Source: a bacterium (GTDB taxonomy: Bacteria; Electryoneota; JAOADG01). From it: a DNA stretch of 64,000 bases. Of the stretch, positions 58,641-64,000 are shown piece after piece. Position numbers and translations under genes: made by a program. The notes beneath the pieces were generated by a model. The model was not told the origin of the DNA, did no database searches, and saw only the letters and a program-made list of their open reading frames with translations. Numbering within the stretch: position 1 is the first letter of the stretch; every line of letters starts with the position of its first letter. The stretch covers positions 2,720,001 through 2,784,000 of the forward strand of contig OY820579.1 of the NCBI GenBank assembly GCA_963681965.1, given 5' to 3'.

Positions 58641-59114
58641 ATGGACGCTATCGATTTGAAAATTCTCGAAATACTGCAGCAAAACGGTCGTGCTACTCAA
58701 TTGGAAATTGCCCAGAAAGTAGCATTGTCACAACCTGCTGTCGCGGAACGGATTCGTAAATTGGAGGAGCGCGGTATCATCAAAGGGTATACCGCTGTGA
58801 TTGACGCTTCACGGGTAGGTAAGGACATTACCGCATTCGTATCGGTAGGGATCGAGCACCCGAAATACTTCGACAAATTCACGGAAACGATTCGCTCACT
58901 TCCCGAAGTATTGGAATGTCACCGGGTCGCCGGTCAAGAATCGTACATCCTGAAAATCAAAACCGACAATACGAAGAGTCTTGACCGATTATTGGTCGAG
59001 ACGATTCGAACCATCAAAGGTGTAACGCAGACCGTTACTACCATCGTACTCTCGTCGATCAAAGAAGAGACCTTAGTACACATAAGTGCTGCCGCTAAAC
59101 GGAGTGAACAATGA
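58641..59114 (+). CDS. Lrp/AsnC family regulator
   Basis: DAIDLKIL..LQ.NGR...EIA..V.LS...V.ERIRKLEE.GIIKGY, PEVLECHRVAG. Confidence 0.95.
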   Translation: MDAIDLKILEILQQNGRATQLEIAQKVALSQPAVAERIRKLEERGIIKGYTAVIDASRVGKDITAFVSVGIEHPKYFDKFTETIRSLPEVLECHRVAGQESYILKIKTDNTKSLDRLLVETIRTIKGVTQTVTTIVLSSIKEETLVHISAAAKRSEQ

Positions 59115-60322
59115 GTAGCTTATTGACCAGTTCCTCTAGAACATACAGTGAGATTGTCCTATCCCATAGAATGAATGGCATCAAGTCGTCAGCAGTGCGC
59201 GAAATTTTAAAGGTGACAGAACATCCGGAAATAATTTCGTTTGCCGGTGGTTTACCGGCACCGGAGTATTTTCCCGTCGATGCAATCGCTGCTGCGTTTC
59301 AATATGTTTTAAGCCATGATGGTGCCGCATCGCTTCAGTACAGTACTACTGAGGGGTTCCCGCAACTTCGGAAAGCAATTTCGGATCGGCTCAATCGTCA
59401 AGGAGGATCAACGACTCCCGATGATCTACTGATCACCAACGGATCGCAGCAAGGGCTTGATCTAATAGCCAAAGTCTTGATTAATCCCAGTGATGTTATT
59501 GTTGTCGAGAATCCCAGTTATCTGGCGGCATTGCAAGCGTTTGGTTTCTACGAAGCGCAATTCGCAGTAGTCGAAAGTGATGACGAAGGAATGATCGTCG
59601 ATGATCTCGAAGCAATTGTGTTACAAAATTCTCCCAAAATGCTATATGTCGTACCGAACTATAATAATCCTACTGGTCGTACTCTTACGCTCTCACGTCG
59701 TATTGAATTAGTGCGTCTAGCACAAAAATATCGCTTTATCATTCTGGAAGACAATCCATACGGCGAGCTTTGTTTTGATGGCGATCCACTTCCATCGCTG
59801 GCGTCATTAGATAATCAGGGTGTGGTAGTGTCGTTGGGTACTTTTTCGAAAACCTTTGCGCCGGGACTGCGGGTTGGGTGGTTGTCGGGACCGACTAAGT
59901 TGGTGAAAGCGATGACGGTAGCCAAACAATCTACCGATTTGCATACATCATCCATTTCACAGCGTGTCATCGCTCATCTTTTGGCGACATTCGATTACGA
60001 AGGACACATTGCACAACTGCGAAAAGTTTATGGCGAGCGTGCTCAGGCGATGATTTCCACGTTAGAAACGGCATTACCCAAAGGAAGTAAGTGGAGCAGA
60101 CCGAAAGGTGGGATGTTTGTTTGGGTTCAATTACCGACCGGTTACGATACCGATCGAATTCTCGAGATGGCTATCGAAAACAAGATTGCTTTTGTTCCGG
60201 GACGCTCTTTTTTCGCGAATGAACCGCAAATCGAGTGCATGCGATTGAATTTTTCCAATCAGCCAGTTGAGAAAATTACAGAGGGAATCAAGCGTTTGGG
60301 ATTGATCTTACAAGATTGTTAA
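59111..60322 (+). CDS. PLP-dependent class I aminotransferase (LysN/MocR-associated type)
   Basis: SAVREIL, ISFAGGLP, LQYS.TEG, GSQQ.LD, NPTG, EDNPY, GTFSK..APGLRVG, P.GGMF.W, RLNFS. Confidence 0.92.
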   Translation: MSSLLTSSSRTYSEIVLSHRMNGIKSSAVREILKVTEHPEIISFAGGLPAPEYFPVDAIAAAFQYVLSHDGAASLQYSTTEGFPQLRKAISDRLNRQGGSTTPDDLLITNGSQQGLDLIAKVLINPSDVIVVENPSYLAALQAFGFYEAQFAVVESDDEGMIVDDLEAIVLQNSPKMLYVVPNYNNPTGRTLTLSRRIELVRLAQKYRFIILEDNPYGELCFDGDPLPSLASLDNQGVVVSLGTFSKTFAPGLRVGWLSGPTKLVKAMTVAKQSTDLHTSSISQRVIAHLLATFDYEGHIAQLRKVYGERAQAMISTLETALPKGSKWSRPKGGMFVWVQLPTGYDTDRILEMAIENKIAFVPGRSFFANEPQIECMRLNFSNQPVEKITEGIKRLGLILQDC

Positions 60323-60338
60323 AGGTAGCGATCGATAT

Positions 60339-61325
60339 TTAAATGAACATCGATATTAGCCAGTACGATGCCATTCCGACTAGTGCCGATGCTGGTATGG
60401 TCACGATCCAGGCGATAATGATGTTTCCAGCGAGACCCCAGCGGACTGCCGACAATCGCTTGGTGGCTCCGACACCCATGATTGCACCAGTGATAGTGTG
60501 AGTTGTACTGACAGCAATGCCACTAAAAGCGGTAACGAGTAACGTAATTGCACCGGCAGTTTCGGCACAGAAACCACCCGACGGTTTCAACTTCGTAATC
60601 TTCTGACCCATCGTCTTAACGATGCGCCAACCGCCAAAAAGTGTACCCATTGCAATTGCAAAATACGAAGAGAAGATTACCCAATAAGGAACTTCGAATT
60701 TATCTAAGAATCCAGCTGTAACGAGTAGACCGGTAATGATGCCCATGGTTTTTTGGGCATCGTTTGCACCATGCCCGAGTGAGTAAGCTGCAGCAGAGAC
60801 CAATTGCAATTTACGGAATGCGCCATTAATTTTTGAGGATGGACGTTTATTGAACAGCCAAGTGAGACTGAGCATCAGGATGAATCCCATGACCATACCC
60901 ATTATCGGCGCAACCACGATAAATAGCACAGTCATTGTCCAACCACTGTAAATCACTGCACCGAATCCAGCTTTAGCGATAGCGGCTCCGGCATACCCGC
61001 CCATCAGCGCGTGAGATGAGCTGGAGGGAATTGCATAATACCAAGTTAGCAGGTTCCAGAATATTGCACCGATTAATCCCGCTAGGATAACATATTCATT
61101 CACCGCTTCAAGATGAACCAAACCCTTACCAATTGTTTTCGCAACATGTACATCGAATAAAAATGCCGCAGATAAATTAAAAAACGCCGCCCAGATCACC
61201 GCGTTTCGGGGCGAGAGTACGCGTGTCGAAACCACAGTAGCAATCGAGTTGGCGGAATCGTGAAATCCGTTCAGAAAATCGAAGACTAGTGCGACGAAGA
61301 TGATACAGATGATAAGTGTTAGCAT
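60339..61325 (-). CDS. pit: PiT family inorganic phosphate transporter
   Basis: NGFHDSANSIAT, PSSSSHAL.G, HGANDAQKTMG, STTH. Confidence 0.95.
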   Translation of the reverse strand: MLTLIICIIFVALVFDFLNGFHDSANSIATVVSTRVLSPRNAVIWAAFFNLSAAFLFDVHVAKTIGKGLVHLEAVNEYVILAGLIGAIFWNLLTWYYAIPSSSSHALMGGYAGAAIAKAGFGAVIYSGWTMTVLFIVVAPIMGMVMGFILMLSLTWLFNKRPSSKINGAFRKLQLVSAAAYSLGHGANDAQKTMGIITGLLVTAGFLDKFEVPYWVIFSSYFAIAMGTLFGGWRIVKTMGQKITKLKPSGGFCAETAGAITLLVTAFSGIAVSTTHTITGAIMGVGATKRLSAVRWGLAGNIIIAWIVTIPASALVGMASYWLISMFI

Positions 61326-61344
61326 TGGAAACCGATCTCTCTGG

Positions 61345-61989
61345 TTAGGAATGCTTGATTAAAATCGTTTCGAGTACGTTTGCGACATCTTCGCATTTAT
61401 CGGTCGCAGTTTCAAGAGCAACAAAGACTTCCTTCAGCTTGATGATTTCGATCGGATTGGTTTCCTTGTCGAAAAGTTCGGCGATACCCGAAGCAAAGAT
61501 CGTGTCGGCGTCGTTTTCGTAATCGTTAACTTTTCGAATCACCTCACGAAGAACCTCGGAATTCTCGAGTTTTCGTAGTTGCGGGATGCCACGCTTTAAC
61601 TCTTTTACCGACATATTCAGTTTTTCGATCAGATTAATTAACTCGACTGGAAAATGGTCGATCTTGTACAGAGTAATTCGACGGATAGACCCGTCGATGT
61701 AGTCGAGAATATCATCAAGTTCGGACGCTAGGAGATGAATGTCTTCACGATCGAATGGGGTAACAAATGTACTATCGAGTTCACTGAAGATTTTATGCGT
61801 TACATCGTCACCTTTGTGTTCTAAGTCTTGTATCCTAATGACGAGATTTGCTCTTTCTTCACTCGAAGCGGATGAAATTTTTAATATTTCATCGGCTGCC
61901 TGATCGATGTACGATATAGATTCCTCTAGGAGTAAGTAGAACTTATCGTCTTTTGGAAGGAGATACTGCAATATTCGATCTAGTCGCAT
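61345..61989 (-). CDS. DUF47 / PhoU-like Pit accessory protein
   Basis: LEHKGD, FVTPFDREDI..L...LDDILD, EN.AD, LETATDKCEDVAN. Upstream of pit. Confidence 0.93.
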   Translation of the reverse strand: MRLDRILQYLLPKDDKFYLLLEESISYIDQAADEILKISSASSEERANLVIRIQDLEHKGDDVTHKIFSELDSTFVTPFDREDIHLLASELDDILDYIDGSIRRITLYKIDHFPVELINLIEKLNMSVKELKRGIPQLRKLENSEVLREVIRKVNDYENDADTIFASGIAELFDKETNPIEIIKLKEVFVALETATDKCEDVANVLETILIKHS

Positions 61990-62148
61990 GGTGTAGCCGA
62001 ATTTGATTGAAGAAATCAACTGTCTACTAGGATCACTCGCGACAAAGTACATACCCGATTTGACTTGTGCAATGCGAGATCCTCACAGAGAAGAATTCTT
62101 TCGATTCTTCCTTTATCTCATAATTTGACCATTAGTAGCGGGAAAAGT

Positions 62149-62179
62149 AAAAAAAAACGCAGTTCCGAAAAACTGCGTT
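62149..62179 (-). terminator. rho-independent terminator of the ferritin-like gene
   Basis: A-run followed by aacgcagtt-ccgaaa-aactgcgtt. Confidence 0.75.
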
Positions 62180-62205
62180 AGGTAAATGCACGTGGTATGT
62201 TGATC

Positions 62206-62718
62206 TCAAAATGGCGAGAAGTTGTTTTGTGACCAATAGTCTTCTCGAAACTCCATCGATTGCTTGGCAAATGCCCCGGCATGAGATTGTTCCCAAACCA
62301 TCAATTGCAGATAAAATTCCCGGAGTTCACCGGGACCGACTTCATCTGCTAGTCGACGGTACCGATCTATGGCATTCTGTTCTAATTGCTGACCGACAGA
62401 CAATGCCGTCATCTCAAAATGGGCTTCTTTTAAGCGTTTACGGAGATCTTTGGAGAAGATAGGATGATCGCCGTTTAGATCGGCAACAGGAATTAATGGC
62501 ACTTTTTCCAGCGGTTCATCTTTTAAGATATGTCCGTATTGCTTCCGCAACCACACTAAATGTTCACCTTCTTCGTGTGCAAGGTTTTGAAAGACTTCAC
62601 GTCCTTGTGGGTCAGTAGTCTGCAACGCAGCTAGGTTGAAAAATTCGATACCGCTTCGCTCAGCCAACATGGCTTCTTTCAATCCTTCTAACATCTTAGT
62701 TTTCGTTTGATTATCCAT
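62206..62718 (-). CDS. ferritin/rubrerythrin-like di-iron protein
   Basis: A..AE..G..F, EE.EH, E..AI..Y, WE..H. GGAG RBS before MDNQ. Confidence 0.85.
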   Translation of the reverse strand: MDNQTKTKMLEGLKEAMLAERSGIEFFNLAALQTTDPQGREVFQNLAHEEGEHLVWLRKQYGHILKDEPLEKVPLIPVADLNGDHPIFSKDLRKRLKEAHFEMTALSVGQQLEQNAIDRYRRLADEVGPGELREFYLQLMVWEQSHAGAFAKQSMEFREDYWSQNNFSPF

Positions 62719-62811
62719 TGCGATCTCCATTTCGTATATCTCTACAATAGTACGTAAATAGTACGAAGATCTAGGTGTATCTTGCAATCTTCAAAGAGGT
62801 AAGAGAAAAAG

Positions 62812-63216
62812 ATGGAAGATTTAAAAACTTTCACAATCTCCGAAGCGCGAGCAACTTTACCGTTAATTCGAAGCATAGTAAAGGATATTCGTGAGGTTTG
62901 GCGCAAATTATCCGAAGATCAGTTGAGTTATGACTTACTCAACGGGCATCGAAATCTCGATGAGTTTTTTCCCGCCGAAATTGAGCGACTGAAAGAATAT
63001 GAATGCAAATTGGATGAATACATTACTGAATTAAAGCAAATTGGCGTCAGTTTGAAATCTCCGGAACTAGGACTGATCGACTTTTTATATGAATTGAATG
63101 GACGGAAAGTCTGTTTATGCTGGAAAGATGGGGAGGATGATATTTTATACTGGCATTCAACCAATGCTGGTTATTTAAATCGGCAACTGATCGACCAGAT
63201 TGCCAGCGAAGTATGA
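62812..63216 (+). CDS. DUF2203 family protein
   Basis: FT..EA...LP, G...K....GLIDF.....GR.V.LCWK.GE..I.YWH...AGY..RQ. Confidence 0.88.
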   Translation: MEDLKTFTISEARATLPLIRSIVKDIREVWRKLSEDQLSYDLLNGHRNLDEFFPAEIERLKEYECKLDEYITELKQIGVSLKSPELGLIDFLYELNGRKVCLCWKDGEDDILYWHSTNAGYLNRQLIDQIASEV

Positions 63217-63256
63217 GATCGATTCTGTGAAGAAATCAGTCAATAAATGATATTGG

Positions 63257-63976
63257 TCATTTAGTTCCAAAAATCAGTACTTCCGTCGCACCATGGACAC
63301 CATGTATATCTAACCGTTGAAGTAATTTCTCACCTTCTTCTTTGATGATTTCAAAATCGGGTAAGTCTTTTGCACGCACCAAATAATCTTGAAATCCTGT
63401 TCGAAATCGTTCAGTAGCTTCAACTGCTTTAGGATCGCCATCAAGCGAGACATCATCGAATGATTCTAGGTTTGACAAACTCAGTTTCGAGATCAGCGAC
63501 TGTAATTCTGCGCGTGAATAGGTAGGATGGTGTGATATCCCAAGTTGACTATCGACTTTAGCCCACCAGTGATGAAACAGAACATGAGTCATCTGGGACT
63601 CAGTCTGTCCATCATTGATCATTTCATAAACGATGAACAATCCACCCGGTCTTAAGACTCGCTTCATCTCTTTCAGAGCAACTTCTGGGTCTGATAGATG
63701 ATGGAGTGAATTACAGATCGCTACGACATCGAATTCACCGTTATTAAACGTCATTCGATGTGCATCCATCAACATGAATTCAGTTTTGGGAAGTTCGCTT
63801 GAAGCTTTATGTGCGTGTTGAATTGCTTTTTCCAAAGCATCGATTCCAATAAATCGATCGGCATTGGGAAACCATTGTTGAAGTGCATGGAGGAAACCGC
63901 CATGACCGGTAGCGACATCCAAGACATTCTTAGCATCGAAATTGCCTACGAACTCAATAAATTCCGCTTCAGTCAT
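63257..63976 (-). CDS. class I SAM-dependent methyltransferase
   Basis: VLDVATGHG, GID, MDA, FDVV....SLHH, EMKRVLRPGG. Confidence 0.92.
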   Translation of the reverse strand: MTEAEFIEFVGNFDAKNVLDVATGHGGFLHALQQWFPNADRFIGIDALEKAIQHAHKASSELPKTEFMLMDAHRMTFNNGEFDVVAICNSLHHLSDPEVALKEMKRVLRPGGLFIVYEMINDGQTESQMTHVLFHHWWAKVDSQLGISHHPTYSRAELQSLISKLSLSNLESFDDVSLDGDPKAVEATERFRTGFQDYLVRAKDLPDFEIIKEEGEKLLQRLDIHGVHGATEVLIFGTK

Positions 63977-64000
63977 TGTTTCTCCGAATCTAGAGTGGTA

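Overview
64-kb chromosomal segment of a Gram-negative bacterium. The gene content suggests an uncultured FCB-related lineage (inference only). From left to right it holds: the 3' end of a secreted protein; a GH29/DUF4838/GH3 glycoside operon; a beta-helix plus 'EYFFDxDPG'-repeat secreted pair; two different IS3-family elements, one interrupting a LamG lipoprotein; an MFS transporter; a class III cyclase-STAND-TPR protein; a qNor with a perfect FNR/DNR box; a 1640-aa S8 protease; a TetR-TolC-MFP-RND efflux operon; a 7-gene hydrogenase-related (Ehr/Hyf-like) operon led by an HTH-PTS-EIIA regulator; cpoB-pal-tolB; tRNA-Lys; a repeat lipoprotein; a large hybrid kinase; a methyltransferase split by a nested IS-in-IS; a eukaryote-type citrate synthase; Lrp plus aminotransferase; PiT plus DUF47; and ferritin-like, DUF2203 and methyltransferase genes. 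Four observations stand out. (1) Three proteins end in the same ~80-aa FN3-like domain, in the position where Bacteroidota homologues usually carry a T9SS CTD, making it a candidate lineage-specific sorting or anchoring signal. (2) The Ehr operon lacks NiFe ligands, and its promoter has four 10-bp-phased TTG(T/A)C repeats of the kind bound by BldC/Xis-type HTHs such as its own PTS-fused regulator. (3) The NLR-like cyclase has atypical base-specificity residues. (4) Six operator-like sites with ~20-bp spacing lie upstream of the TetR gene. All calls come from reading the sequence; no database searches were run.
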